The notes beneath the pieces were generated by a model, which saw only the letters and a program-made list of their open reading frames with translations, had not been told where the DNA came from and ran no database searches. Below, one piece after another: positions 1 to 9,811 of a DNA stretch of 64,000 bases (its first letter is position 1; the number at the start of each line of letters is the position of its first letter). Position numbers and translations under genes: made by a program. Location of the stretch: contig CAXNJO010000006.1 in the NCBI GenBank assembly GCA_964202905.1, forward strand, positions 160,001-224,000. The letters run 5' to 3'. This DNA comes from Polyangiales bacterium (GTDB lineage: Bacteria > Myxococcota_A > Polyangia > Polyangiales > JADJQN01).

Positions 1-1545
1 GATTTCCGCGCGAAGCTCCCGCTCAGCGGGCCGATCCCGGCCTTCGAGCCGGTCGGACGCACCGACAGCGAGTACGCCTTCTGCTGGCTGCTCGAGCAGA
101 TGCGCAACGCCGGGGCGCGCACGCTCGCGGAGGTCGGCTGGGCGCGCCTGCACGGCTGGGCGCGCACGCTCGACGCGCTCGGCACCTGCAATTTCCTGCT
201 CTCCGACGGCACCGACCTCGTCGTCTACCACGACGAGGAGCAGTACAACGGGCTCGTCTGGACGCGCCTGCTGCCGCCGCACGCCACCTCGCTCGCCACC
301 GAGGACATCGAGGTCGATCTCGGCGACGCGGGCGACAGCGGGCGCACGGTGGTCGTGTTCGCGACCTCGCCGCTCGAGGGCGCGGCGTGGACCCCGATGA
401 CGGGCGGTCAGCTCGTCGTCGTGCGGCGCGGCGCCTTCGTGTACGACAGCCACGCGAGCGAGACGGCGCGGCGACTCATGGTCTCGCCGATCCGCCCGGT
501 GCTGCGCGCGGCGCGCCCGGCGTCCAGCGCGTCGACGGGCGAAGGTCAGCGCGAGCACGGCACGCAGCAGGCGGCGCGCGGCGTCGCGGCGCTCCGCGGC
601 CCGGAGGCGCGCCCCGCGTCGTTCGAGGTCGCCCCGTGCCTCGCGCTCCCGGCGGGCGTGCAGCGCATCCCCGGCACGCGCCTCGTGTCGGTCGTGCACG
701 AGACGCTCTACACCTACGACGCGCCCGTCGAGCGCAGCACGCACCTCTACCGGCTCCGCCCCGTGCACGACCGCGCGCAGGAGGTGCTCGCGCAGGAGCT
801 GCTCATCTCCTCGGAGGATCTGCGCCGCGAGTACGAGGACGTCTTCGGCAACATGACGACGCGCACCGAGGTCGAGCGCCCCTACGACCGCATGCGCATC
901 CTCGCGCGTTCGATCGTCCGCGTCGCCGAGCTCATGCCGCGGGACCTGCACTCGCCCGTGCGGCGCACCATGATCCCGCTCGTGTGGATGCCCTGGCAGC
1001 GGCAGATGATGATGCCGTACCTCCTGCCGCCCGAGCTTCCCGAGACGCAGTTGCAGGAGCTCTACGAGTTCGCGCTGAGCTTCGTCGAGCGTCAGGACTA
1101 CGACCTCGTCCAGACGCTGCTCGACATGAACACCACCATCTACCGCGACTTCGTCTACGAGAGCGGCTCGACGACCCTCGGCACGACGCCGTTCGACGTG
1201 TACGTCGCGCGGCGCGGTGTCTGCCAAGACTTCGCGAACCTCTTCATCTGCCTCGCGCGGCTGCTCTCGATCCCGGCGCGCTACCGCGTCGGTTACATCT
1301 ACACGGGCGCGGACTACGAGAACAAGGTGCAGAGCGAGGCCTCGCACGCGTGGGTCGAGCTCTACCTGCCCTGGCGCGGCTGGATCGGCTTCGACCCGAC
1401 GAACGGCTGCCTCGCGGGGCTCGATCACGTGCGCGTCGCCTGCGGCCGCAACTACCGCGACGCGACCCCGACGAGCGGGACCATCTACAAAGGTGGTGGT
1501 TTCGAGACGCTGCAGGTCGCGGTGCGCATCGAGGATCTCGGCTGA
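1..1545 (+). CDS. Class II glutamine amidotransferase (YafJ/EgtC-like Ntn) domain fused to transglutaminase-like domain; 5'-truncated by window edge
   Basis: Frame is open from base 1 (DFRAKLPLSGPIPAFEPVGRTDSEYAFCWLL, the GATase-II 'GxTDSExAF' motif, then NFLLSDG and ATSPL). C-terminal half has the transglutaminase triad motifs GVCQDFAN, SHAWVE and FDPTN. Confidence 0.88.
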   Translation, partial: DFRAKLPLSGPIPAFEPVGRTDSEYAFCWLLEQMRNAGARTLAEVGWARLHGWARTLDALGTCNFLLSDGTDLVVYHDEEQYNGLVWTRLLPPHATSLATEDIEVDLGDAGDSGRTVVVFATSPLEGAAWTPMTGGQLVVVRRGAFVYDSHASETARRLMVSPIRPVLRAARPASSASTGEGQREHGTQQAARGVAALRGPEARPASFEVAPCLALPAGVQRIPGTRLVSVVHETLYTYDAPVERSTHLYRLRPVHDRAQEVLAQELLISSEDLRREYEDVFGNMTTRTEVERPYDRMRILARSIVRVAELMPRDLHSPVRRTMIPLVWMPWQRQMMMPYLLPPELPETQLQELYEFALSFVERQDYDLVQTLLDMNTTIYRDFVYESGSTTLGTTPFDVYVARRGVCQDFANLFICLARLLSIPARYRVGYIYTGADYENKVQSEASHAWVELYLPWRGWIGFDPTNGCLAGLDHVRVACGRNYRDATPTSGTIYKGGGFETLQVAVRIEDLG

Positions 1546-1564
1546 AGGCGCGCCCGCCCGGCCC

Positions 1565-2545
1565 TCACTGCGACGGCGTGTCGAGGGGCTCGCCCCCCAC
1601 GGGGCGCGGCGCGAAGAAGGTCTCGTGGATCGCGTCGCCGACGCCGTTGAGACGGTCCTGGAAGCCGTCGAGGTACTCGTGCAGCCCGCCCGCGACGATC
1701 CCGCGGATGTCGCCTTGCTCGAGCTCACCGCGCAGCCTTCCGAGCGCGACCTCGGCGCTCGTCGCCGCCGTCTCGGCCGTCGCGCCCGTGATCGCGTGCA
1801 GGCTGCGCTCGCCCTTGGTGGCGCAATAGAGCACCGAGCGCGGGAACTTGCGGTCGAGCAGCAGGAACTCGACGACGCGCGCGGGCTCGATGCGCCCGAA
1901 GCGCTTGCGGTACATCTCGAGCGCCGATGCGCTCTTGAGCAGCGAGACCCACTGCAGCTCGTCCCACGGCGTGCCGACGTCGTGCGGGTCGGGCAGCAGC
2001 AGGAAGTACTTCACGTCGACGATGCGCGAGGTCTTGTCGGCGCGCTCGAGCAGCCGCCCGAGTCGCCCGAAGTGCCAGGCCTCGTTGTGCGTCATCGTGA
2101 TGTACGTGATGCCGACGAAGAGGTGCGCGGCGAGCTTCACGTCGGTGTAGAAATCGTGCGGCGTGTCGAGCACGCCGGGGCGCGAGGCCGCCGCGCTCAC
2201 GGTGAGGAAGGCCTTGTTGACCTGCTCCCACATCTCCGAGGAGATGATCTCGCGCACGCTGCGCGCGTTCTCGCGGGCCGCGCGCAGGCAGGAGAGGATC
2301 GAGCTCCCGTACTCCGCGTCGAACGTGAGAAACTGCAGCACGTTCTCCCGCGTCGGAGCGCCGTATTTCTCGCGGAAATACGCGTCGTCGCCCGTGGTCG
2401 CGACGAGCGGGGCCCACTGCTGGTCCGCGCCATCGGGCATGTCGAGCAGCAGGTTGAGGTTCACGTCGACGAAGCGCGCGACGTTCTCCGCGCGCTCGAC
2501 GTAGCGGTTCATCCAATAGACGGAGTCGGCGACGCGGCTCAGCAT
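1565..2545 (-). CDS. Alpha-E domain protein (DUF403)
   Basis: MLSRVADSVYWMNRYVERAENVAR N-terminus, repeated ER motif (GRLLERADKTSR), FPRSVLYC; directly downstream of the CP-ATP-grasp gene. Confidence 0.93.
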   Translation of the reverse strand: MLSRVADSVYWMNRYVERAENVARFVDVNLNLLLDMPDGADQQWAPLVATTGDDAYFREKYGAPTRENVLQFLTFDAEYGSSILSCLRAARENARSVREIISSEMWEQVNKAFLTVSAAASRPGVLDTPHDFYTDVKLAAHLFVGITYITMTHNEAWHFGRLGRLLERADKTSRIVDVKYFLLLPDPHDVGTPWDELQWVSLLKSASALEMYRKRFGRIEPARVVEFLLLDRKFPRSVLYCATKGERSLHAITGATAETAATSAEVALGRLRGELEQGDIRGIVAGGLHEYLDGFQDRLNGVGDAIHETFFAPRPVGGEPLDTPSQ

Positions 2546-2546
2546 C

Positions 2547-4022
2547 TCAGCGGCCCCCGCCGACTTGCGTCTGCGTCGCGTGCGGCGTCGGCTCCGAGAG
2601 CACCCAGGTGTCCTTGCTGCCGCCGCCCTGCGAGCTGTTCACGACGAGCGAGCCCTTCTTCAGCGCGACGCGCGTGAGGCCCCCCGGCAGCACGAAGACG
2701 TCCTCGCCGTAGAGCACGTAGGGGCGCAGGTCGACGTGCCGCCCCTCGAGGTGATCGTCGATCATCGTCGGCACGCGCGAGAGCGCGAGCGTGGGCTGCG
2801 CGATGTAGTTGCGCGGGTTCGCGCGGATCTTGTCCCGGAAGGCGTCGCGCTCGGCGGCGGTCGACGCGGGACCGACGAGCATGCCGTAGCCGCCCGACTC
2901 GTTCGCGGCCTTGACGACGAGCTTCTCGAGGTTGGCGAGGACGTGGGAGAGCTCCGAGGGCTCGCGGCACACGTACGTGGGCACGTTGGGGAGGATGGCG
3001 TCCTCGCCGAGGTAGTAGCGGATCATCTTCGGCACCCAGGCGTAGATGACCTTGTCGTCGGCGACGCCCGTGCCCGGCGCGTTCGCGAGCGTCACGCGGC
3101 CGCGCGCGTAGACCTCCATGAGGCCCGGCACGCCGAGGAGCGAGTCGGCGCGGAAGGCGCGCGGATCGAGGAAGGTGTCGTCGATGCGGCGGTAGATGAC
3201 GTCGACGCGCTGAAAGCCGCGCGTCGTGCGCATCTGCACGTAGCCGTCGAGGACGACGAGGTCGCCGCCCTCGACGAGCTCGATGCCCATCTGCTGCGCG
3301 AGGAACGAGTGCTCGAAGTACGCGGAGTTGTAGCTGCCGGGCGTGAGCAGCACGACCGTCGGCGACTCGACGCCGCGCGGGCGCACCTGCTGCAGCGTCT
3401 CGAGCAGACGCGAGGGGTACGCGTCGACGGGCCGCACGCGCGAGGCCTCGAAGACCTGCGGCAGCGTCCGCTTCATCACGCTGCGGTTCTCGAGGACGTA
3501 CGAGACGCCGCTCGGACAGCGCAGGTTGTCCTCGAGCACGAGGAACGTGCCGTCGCCGTCGCGGACGAGGTCGGTGCCCGTGACGTGGCACCAGATCCCG
3601 CGCGGCGGCGCGAGGCCCACGCACTGCGGGAGAAAGCCCTTGCTCGTCTCGAGCACGTCGCGCGGGACGACGCCGTCGCGGACGATCTTCTGCTCGTGGT
3701 AGACGTCGTCGATGAACAGGTTGAGCGCGCGGATGCGCTGCGCGAGGCCGCGCTCGATGGGCGCGAAGTCGGCCGCGTCGACGATGCGCGGCACGATGTC
3801 GAAGGGGAAGATCTTCTCCGTGCCGGCCGCGTCGCCGTACACGTTGAAGGTGATCCCCATCGTCAGCAGCGCGCGCTCGGCCGCCTGTCGCCTCCGCTGC
3901 AGCTCGTCGAGCGGGAGCGCCGTGAGCCGCTGCGCGAGCAGGGCGCTCGCGGGGCGCGGCGTGCCGTCCGCGTGGAACATCTCGTCGTAGAAGCCGCCCG
4001 TGTCGTAGCCGTCGAGCTTCAT
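2547..4022 (-). CDS. Circularly permuted type 2 ATP-grasp protein
   Basis: Motifs [54 protein letters not shown] and [15 protein letters not shown]. Confidence 0.95.
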   Translation of the reverse strand: MKLDGYDTGGFYDEMFHADGTPRPASALLAQRLTALPLDELQRRRQAAERALLTMGITFNVYGDAAGTEKIFPFDIVPRIVDAADFAPIERGLAQRIRALNLFIDDVYHEQKIVRDGVVPRDVLETSKGFLPQCVGLAPPRGIWCHVTGTDLVRDGDGTFLVLEDNLRCPSGVSYVLENRSVMKRTLPQVFEASRVRPVDAYPSRLLETLQQVRPRGVESPTVVLLTPGSYNSAYFEHSFLAQQMGIELVEGGDLVVLDGYVQMRTTRGFQRVDVIYRRIDDTFLDPRAFRADSLLGVPGLMEVYARGRVTLANAPGTGVADDKVIYAWVPKMIRYYLGEDAILPNVPTYVCREPSELSHVLANLEKLVVKAANESGGYGMLVGPASTAAERDAFRDKIRANPRNYIAQPTLALSRVPTMIDDHLEGRHVDLRPYVLYGEDVFVLPGGLTRVALKKGSLVVNSSQGGGSKDTWVLSEPTPHATQTQVGGGR

Positions 4023-4183
4023 GCGCGGGGCCGAGCCTACGCGGAGCGCGCGCGCGGGATCAACGCCGAATCGCCCCGATCTGTCGGTATTTCGGCCGTG
4101 TTTCGGCGCGATGGCCCGTGCGGGGCGTCGCCGGCGGCACCGTGGATGCCGTCGCGCGTGGCGAGTCGGGTATAGTCGGCCGC

Positions 4184-5992
4184 GTGTCCGCGCCCCCCGA
4201 GCCCCGCCGGATGCCGCCCGCGCCCGCGCCGCCGGCCGCCTCGACGAACCCGTCGTCGGGGATGCGCGCGTTGCTCGAGGCGGCGATCGCGGCCGAGGCC
4301 GCCGAGGAGGCTGCGGAGGCCGCGCACGACGTCGATTCGGAGACCGAGCCCGAGCACACGCAGCGCATGTCGGGTGAGGTCTTCGCGGCGATCGTCGCGT
4401 CTGCGGAGTCCGCCGCCGCGGGCTCGTCGACGTTCGCTGAGGAGTTCGAGGACGAGACGACGACCTTCGCCGGCGCGATCCGCAAACCGCCGCGCGCGCC
4501 GTCCGCTGCGGCGGCCTCGCCGCGTGCCGTCGCGCGCGCGCACGCCGGTCCCGCGCGGGCCGAGCCAGCGCCTGCGGGAGGCGCGCGGGCGGAGGCAGCG
4601 CGTGCCGCGCCCGTGTCCGCGGGGGGGGCGTCGGCGGGCACCGCGTCGGCGGATCCCGCGTCGGCGGGCACCGCGTCGGCAGGCCCCGCGTCGGCGAGCC
4701 CGGTGGCGGCCGCGTCGGCCGCCGGAGTCGCGCACATCGGGCGGTACGAGGTGGTGCGTCGCCTCGCGTACGGCGGGATGGCGGAGGTCTTCCTCGCGCG
4801 CGAGCCGCTCGCGGTCGGCGCCTCGCGCCTCGTGGTGCTCAAGCGCGTGCTGCCCCACGTCGCCGACGACGCGGCCTTCGTCGCGATGTTCCTCGATGAG
4901 GCGCGCGTCGCGTTGCAGCTGCAACACCCGCAGATCTGCGCGTCCTTCGACGCGGGCCACGGTGAGGACGGGCCCTTCCTCGCGATGGAGTACGTGGACG
5001 GGCGCTCGCTCGCGCAGATCATCGCGCTCGCGCGCGCGGGCGGGGCGCTGCCCCCCGCGGTGATCGCGCGGATCGTCTCGCTCATCGCCGAGGCGCTCCA
5101 CCACGCGCACGGCGCGCACGACGCGGACGGCGCGCCGCTGCACGTCGTGCACCGCGACGTCAGCCCCTCGAACATCATGGTCGGGCGCGATGGCCGCGTG
5201 AAGCTGCTCGACTTCGGCGTCGCGAAGGCGCGCTCGCACGCGACGCGCACGTGCCCGGGCATCGTGAAGGGCAAGTTCGCGTACATGGCCCCCGAGCAAT
5301 GTCGCGGCGCGGTCGCGGACCCGCGGGCCGACGTGTTCGCGCTCGGCATCTGCCTCTACGAAGCGCTCACGCGCACGCCGCTCTACGCGCGCGAGAGCGA
5401 GTACGCGACCATGACCGCGGTGCTGCACGAGCCGCCCGCCTCGCCGCGCGCCGCCGATCCGCGCATCCCGGAGGCCCTCGACGCCATCGTGCTGCGCGCG
5501 CTCGCCAAAGAGCCGGAGGCGCGCTTCCCGACGGCCCTCGCGATGCAGGAGGCGCTCGAGGCCTGGCTCGCGTCGAGCGGCGCGGCGGTGTACTCGGCGC
5601 GGATCGCGGCGGCGGTCGACGGGCTGGTGACGCGGACGCCGGACGCCGTCGATGCGCTGCTCGACGCGCTGCCCGGGCCCGCGGGCGCCGAGGACGTCGA
5701 CGTCGACCTCGACCCCGTTGGCGACACTGGACGCGTCGTCGCGGGGGCCGGCGCGGACCGGTTCGTCGCGCCGGTCGTCGCCGTCGCGGACGAGCCGATC
5801 CCCGAGACGCGGCCCGGTGACGGGCGGCGTCGCGCACCGCTGGCGGCGCCGCCGGCGTCGTCCGAGGCGACCCTGCAGATCGCCGCTGCCCGCGTCACGT
5901 CCGCGCAGGAAACCGGGCGACATCGCGGGGTTGCGGGCCTCTTGCTGGGCGCCGCGCTCGTCGGCCTCGCACTCTGGCTCGCGCTCCGCTGA
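4184..5992 (+). CDS. Hanks-type Ser/Thr protein kinase with low-complexity N-terminus and C-terminal membrane anchor
   Basis: [39 protein letters not shown]; hydrophobic C-terminus. Start uncertain; GTG 4184 chosen because it lies 7 nt after TATAGT. Confidence 0.9.
   Translation: MSAPPEPRRMPPAPAPPAASTNPSSGMRALLEAAIAAEAAEEAAEAAHDVDSETEPEHTQRMSGEVFAAIVASAESAAAGSSTFAEEFEDETTTFAGAIRKPPRAPSAAAASPRAVARAHAGPARAEPAPAGGARAEAARAAPVSAGGASAGTASADPASAGTASAGPASASPVAAASAAGVAHIGRYEVVRRLAYGGMAEVFLAREPLAVGASRLVVLKRVLPHVADDAAFVAMFLDEARVALQLQHPQICASFDAGHGEDGPFLAMEYVDGRSLAQIIALARAGGALPPAVIARIVSLIAEALHHAHGAHDADGAPLHVVHRDVSPSNIMVGRDGRVKLLDFGVAKARSHATRTCPGIVKGKFAYMAPEQCRGAVADPRADVFALGICLYEALTRTPLYARESEYATMTAVLHEPPASPRAADPRIPEALDAIVLRALAKEPEARFPTALAMQEALEAWLASSGAAVYSARIAAAVDGLVTRTPDAVDALLDALPGPAGAEDVDVDLDPVGDTGRVVAGAGADRFVAPVVAVADEPIPETRPGDGRRRAPLAAPPASSEATLQIAAARVTSAQETGRHRGVAGLLLGAALVGLALWLALR
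4629..4703 (+). repeat. 15-bp tandem coding repeat (gcgtcggc-based; [15 protein letters not shown]) in the kinase linker
   Basis: About five consecutive 15-nt units beginning gcgtcggc. Confidence 0.7.
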
Positions 5993-6040
5993 GGCGCGCT
6001 GCGCGGGTCGCGCGTGCGTGCGCTGCCTCGCCGCGCCCGG

Positions 6041-8704
6041 TCAGCCGAGCACGCGCATCGTGCCGCGCGTCACGCCGAACTGCTCGTGCGCGCCCACGCG
6101 CCGCACGGTCTCCGCCGGATCGATGCGCCCCGCGAGCAGATCCGCGTAGGCGGCGAGCACCTCGCGCGTCTCGGCCTCGGTCTCGCGGACGAGCTCGACG
6201 CGGAAGCGCTGCACGCCGCGCGCGAGCAGGCCGGGGACGAGCGCGGCGGCGCTCTGCGCGCGCGCGTTGAACACGGTGTTGCGGCAGCCCACGTCGACGA
6301 TCACGGGGTGCGCGTCCCCGGTGCGATCGCGCAGCGACACGGCGTGCGTCTCGCACGGGCGCCCGCAGGTGCGGAAGTCGCGGCCCTCGGAGAGCAGGTG
6401 CGCGTAGACGCAGTGCTCGGTGTGGAACGTCGGCACGTGGTGGTGGAGCGCGACCGTGACGCGCGCGGGATCCGTCGCCCGGAGCAGCGCGTGGAGCTGC
6501 GCGGCGTCGAGGTCGTGCGCCGCGGTGAACGACGCGAGGCCGAGCGAGAGCACGTGCGCGGCCGTGAGGCCGTTCGTGACGTTCAGCGAGAAATCGCCGT
6601 GCAGCGCGGGGGAGACCGAGCCCGGGGTGCCCCGCGCGAACGCGGTGAGCGCGCCCCAGTGCCGCACGAGCACGGCGTCCGGCGCGAGGCGCGCGAGGCG
6701 CGCGTCGTAGCCCTCCTCGCCGGGTTTCTGCACGCGCACCGTCGCGAGCGTCACGCGGAGGCCCGCGGCGCGCGCCCGCTCGACGGCGCGCGCGAGCCCG
6801 ACGAGCTCCATCCAATCGAGCTCGACCTCGGGGAGCCCGGCGGCGATCACGGCGTCGAGCTGCGCGTCCGTGCGGCAGAGCGCGAGGAGCCGCGGCGATG
6901 GGGGGGCCGCGGCCTCGACCGTCGCGAGGGGCGGGAGCGCCTCGAGCTTCGCGCGCGCGAGATCGCGGACGTGCGGGAGCACGCTCTCCGACGCGACCGC
7001 GCGAGCGGGGCCGCGCAGCACCTGCGCCTCGAGCGCCTCGAGCGCGGCGCGCCGCAGGGCCTTCAATTCCGAGACCGGCACGTGCAGGCCGGGCGCGAGC
7101 GCATCGACGTCGAGCGCCGCGAGCCGGAAGGGCGTGCCCCCGACCGCGCCGAGCTTCTCCCGCAGCGTGGCCGCGTCGAGCCCCGCGCCGCGCGCGGCGC
7201 AGAGCGGCGACGTCGTCTCGGCGTGCGTCGCGTGCCCGCCCGCCCGCGCCTCGAGCCGCAGCGGCGCGCCTTCGCGACCGGACACCGCGAGCGCGAGGGC
7301 GATGCGGCCCGCGGGCAGGCCGCGCTCGAGCAGCCGCTCCGTCCGCGCGGCGATCGCCGGGTCCTTCGTGACCCACACGCGCTGCCCGGGGGCGACGCGC
7401 GAGAGATCCGGGCCCGGCGTGCCGAAGCGCAGCGCGAGCGCCTCGCGGCCGCGCGACAAGACGCGGCGCTCGACCGCGAAGACCGGGCCGCCCTCTTCGT
7501 CCGACTCCGGGGCGCCGTCGTCGAACACCACGCCCATGCCCGCACGCAGCGCGAGCGGGGCCTCGGCCGCGCCCGTCGCCGCCTCGGTGCTGCCGCCGAG
7601 CGCGGGCAGCGGCGAGGAGACGACGCCGAGCGCCGTGCGCGCCGCGAGCGGGTCGCGCACGACGACGACCTCGTGCGGCCCGACCTCGCGCACGCGGCCG
7701 AGGTACGCGCCGCGGTGCTTGGGCGCGCGCCCCTCGACGAGGCTCTGGTGATCGTTGCCCGCGAGGAAGCCGTCGCCGAGACCGCGCGCGTAGCTGAGGC
7801 GCATCTCGCCGAGGTCCGTCGCGAGCTGCGCGACCGCGTCGTCGTCGGCGGCGCCACCGGCGGCGTCGAGCGCATCGACCCAGCGCCGGTAGCCGCCCAC
7901 GCTCGTCGCGACGTAGGCGGGCCCCTTCTGGCGGCCCTCGATCTTCAGGCCGTGGACGCCGATCGCCATCAGCTCCGGCACCGCGCGCACACCCGCGAGA
8001 TCGCTCGGGCTGAGCAGGTAGCGCACGTCCCCGAGGTCGCGCTCCGCGCCATCGACGACGAGCGCGTAGGGCAGGCGACACGACTGCGCGCATTGACCGC
8101 GGTTCGCGCTGCGGCCGCCCCACGACTCGCTCGTGAGGCACTGACCGCTCCACGAGACGCAGAGCGCGCCATGGATGAAGACCTCGAGCTCGACGCTCGT
8201 CTCGGCCGCGAACCGCCGGATCTCCGCGACCGAGAGCTCGCGCGGCACGACGACGCGCGTGATCCCGAGCGAGCGCGCGACCTCCGCGCCCTCCGCGCTC
8301 GAGATGGTCATCTGCGTGCTCGCGTGCAGCGCGAGCGCGGGGCAGATCGCGCGCGCGAGCAGCGCGACCGCGAAGTCCTGCACGATCAGCGCGTCCGCGC
8401 CCGCCGCGGCGACGCCGCGGATGACGCGCTCGACGTGCTCGAGCTCCGGCTCGAAGACCAGCGTGTTCAGCGTGACGTAGAGCCGCGCGCCCGCGCGGTG
8501 CACCTCGCGGGCGACCTCGGGGAGCGTCGCGAGCGAGAAGTTCTCGGCGCGCGCGCGGGCGTTGAAGCCCTCGTCGAGCCCGAGGTACACGGCGTCCGCG
8601 CCGGCCGCGAGGGCCGCGGCGAGCGAGCGCCGATCGCCCGCGGGCGCGAGCACCTCGGGGCGCCGGGCGCGCGGTCCCGGCGCGTCGTGCAGGGGGCCGC
8701 TCAC
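6041..8704 (-). CDS. U32 family peptidase-like Fe-S protein, large form (RlhA-like RNA hydroxylase candidate)
   Basis: PEVLAPAG, GADAVYLG, HASTQM, EVFIHGALCVSWSGQC, SANRGQCAQSCR, LKIEGRQK and C-terminal DVGCRNTVFN. GTG 8704 overlaps the upstream TGA (GTGA). Confidence 0.88.
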   Translation of the reverse strand: MSGPLHDAPGPRARRPEVLAPAGDRRSLAAALAAGADAVYLGLDEGFNARARAENFSLATLPEVAREVHRAGARLYVTLNTLVFEPELEHVERVIRGVAAAGADALIVQDFAVALLARAICPALALHASTQMTISSAEGAEVARSLGITRVVVPRELSVAEIRRFAAETSVELEVFIHGALCVSWSGQCLTSESWGGRSANRGQCAQSCRLPYALVVDGAERDLGDVRYLLSPSDLAGVRAVPELMAIGVHGLKIEGRQKGPAYVATSVGGYRRWVDALDAAGGAADDDAVAQLATDLGEMRLSYARGLGDGFLAGNDHQSLVEGRAPKHRGAYLGRVREVGPHEVVVVRDPLAARTALGVVSSPLPALGGSTEAATGAAEAPLALRAGMGVVFDDGAPESDEEGGPVFAVERRVLSRGREALALRFGTPGPDLSRVAPGQRVWVTKDPAIAARTERLLERGLPAGRIALALAVSGREGAPLRLEARAGGHATHAETTSPLCAARGAGLDAATLREKLGAVGGTPFRLAALDVDALAPGLHVPVSELKALRRAALEALEAQVLRGPARAVASESVLPHVRDLARAKLEALPPLATVEAAAPPSPRLLALCRTDAQLDAVIAAGLPEVELDWMELVGLARAVERARAAGLRVTLATVRVQKPGEEGYDARLARLAPDAVLVRHWGALTAFARGTPGSVSPALHGDFSLNVTNGLTAAHVLSLGLASFTAAHDLDAAQLHALLRATDPARVTVALHHHVPTFHTEHCVYAHLLSEGRDFRTCGRPCETHAVSLRDRTGDAHPVIVDVGCRNTVFNARAQSAAALVPGLLARGVQRFRVELVRETEAETREVLAAYADLLAGRIDPAETVRRVGAHEQFGVTRGTMRVLG

Positions 8705-9795
8705 CGGCCGAGGTTCCCGCGGTCGAGGGCGTCGGCCGCGACCTCGCCGAGCACGGCGACGGCCATCCCGAGCGCGGCGAAGCGCTCGTCGCGCGTGAGG
8801 CCCTGCTTGTAGCGGGCGTAGATCTGCTGGAGCACGACGGCCGTCTTGAACAGCGCAAACACGAAGTAATACAAGACGTTGGACGTGTCGCGCCCCGTGC
8901 GTTCGGCGTAGCGCGCGGCGAGCGCGCGGCGCGTCAGCGAGCCGGGCGTGTTCGTCGGGCCGAACGGCAGCGCGACGAGACGCGGGTCGTCGCCTTCTTC
9001 GAGCCAGTAGCCGAGCGCGACGCCGAGATCCATCAGCGGATCGCCGATCGTCGACATCTCCCAGTCGAGCACGCCGACGATGCGCGTGAGGTCGCCCGGA
9101 TCGAGCACGACGTTGTCGTACTTGAAGTCGTTGTGGACGAGCACCGCGCCGCGCTCGCCGGGCCGCTCGGCCTCGAGCCACGCGGCGACGCGCTCGACCA
9201 GCGGCACGTCGTCCGTCTTCGCGTCCTCCCAGCGCTTGCGCCAGCCCGTGATCTGTCGCGCCACGTAGCCCTCGGGGCGCCCGATCTCGGCGAGCCCCGC
9301 GGCGCGCCAGTCGATCGCGTGCAGCGCCGCGAGCTCGTCCACGAACGCCTCCGACAATGCGCGCGCGATCTCGGGCGTGAAGGGCGCGTCGCGCGGCGGC
9401 GTGCGGCGCAGGATGCGCCCGCGGAGGCGCTCCATGACGTAGAAGGGCGCGCCGATCACGGCGTCGTCGTCGCAGTGCGCGAGCGGGCGCGGCGCCTTCG
9501 GGTAGACGGCGCTCAGCGGGCCGAGGATGCGCACCTCGCGGCCCATGTCGTGCGCGGTCTTCACGCGGCTGCCGAAGGGCGGGCGGCGCAGCACGAGCTC
9601 GCGATCGCCGGCGGTGAGCAGGTAGGTGAGGTTCGAGTGGCCCGCGGGGAACTGCGTGATCGCGAGCGGCGTCGCGAGCCCGCCGGGCAGGTGTGCGTCG
9701 AGCCACGCGGCGAGGCGATCGGCGTCGATCTCCTCGCCGGCGCGCACGGCGCGGGCCGCGTCGATGCCGGTCGGAGGGGATGTGTCGGTGAGCAT
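8701..9795 (-). CDS. Phosphotransferase family protein (APH/ACAD10-11 N-terminal kinase-like)
   Basis: QFPAGHSNLTY, LVLRRPP, AHDMGRE, LVHNDFKYDN and VLDWEMSTIGDPLMDLG. Confidence 0.9.
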   Translation of the reverse strand: MLTDTSPPTGIDAARAVRAGEEIDADRLAAWLDAHLPGGLATPLAITQFPAGHSNLTYLLTAGDRELVLRRPPFGSRVKTAHDMGREVRILGPLSAVYPKAPRPLAHCDDDAVIGAPFYVMERLRGRILRRTPPRDAPFTPEIARALSEAFVDELAALHAIDWRAAGLAEIGRPEGYVARQITGWRKRWEDAKTDDVPLVERVAAWLEAERPGERGAVLVHNDFKYDNVVLDPGDLTRIVGVLDWEMSTIGDPLMDLGVALGYWLEEGDDPRLVALPFGPTNTPGSLTRRALAARYAERTGRDTSNVLYYFVFALFKTAVVLQQIYARYKQGLTRDERFAALGMAVAVLGEVAADALDRGNLGR

Positions 9796-9811
9796 CGTGC
9801 GCCTCGCTCGC

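Noticed and set aside
6041..9706. 1221-aa ORF
   Set aside because: Its first third overlaps the phosphotransferase in another frame. U32 motifs begin just after GTG 8704.
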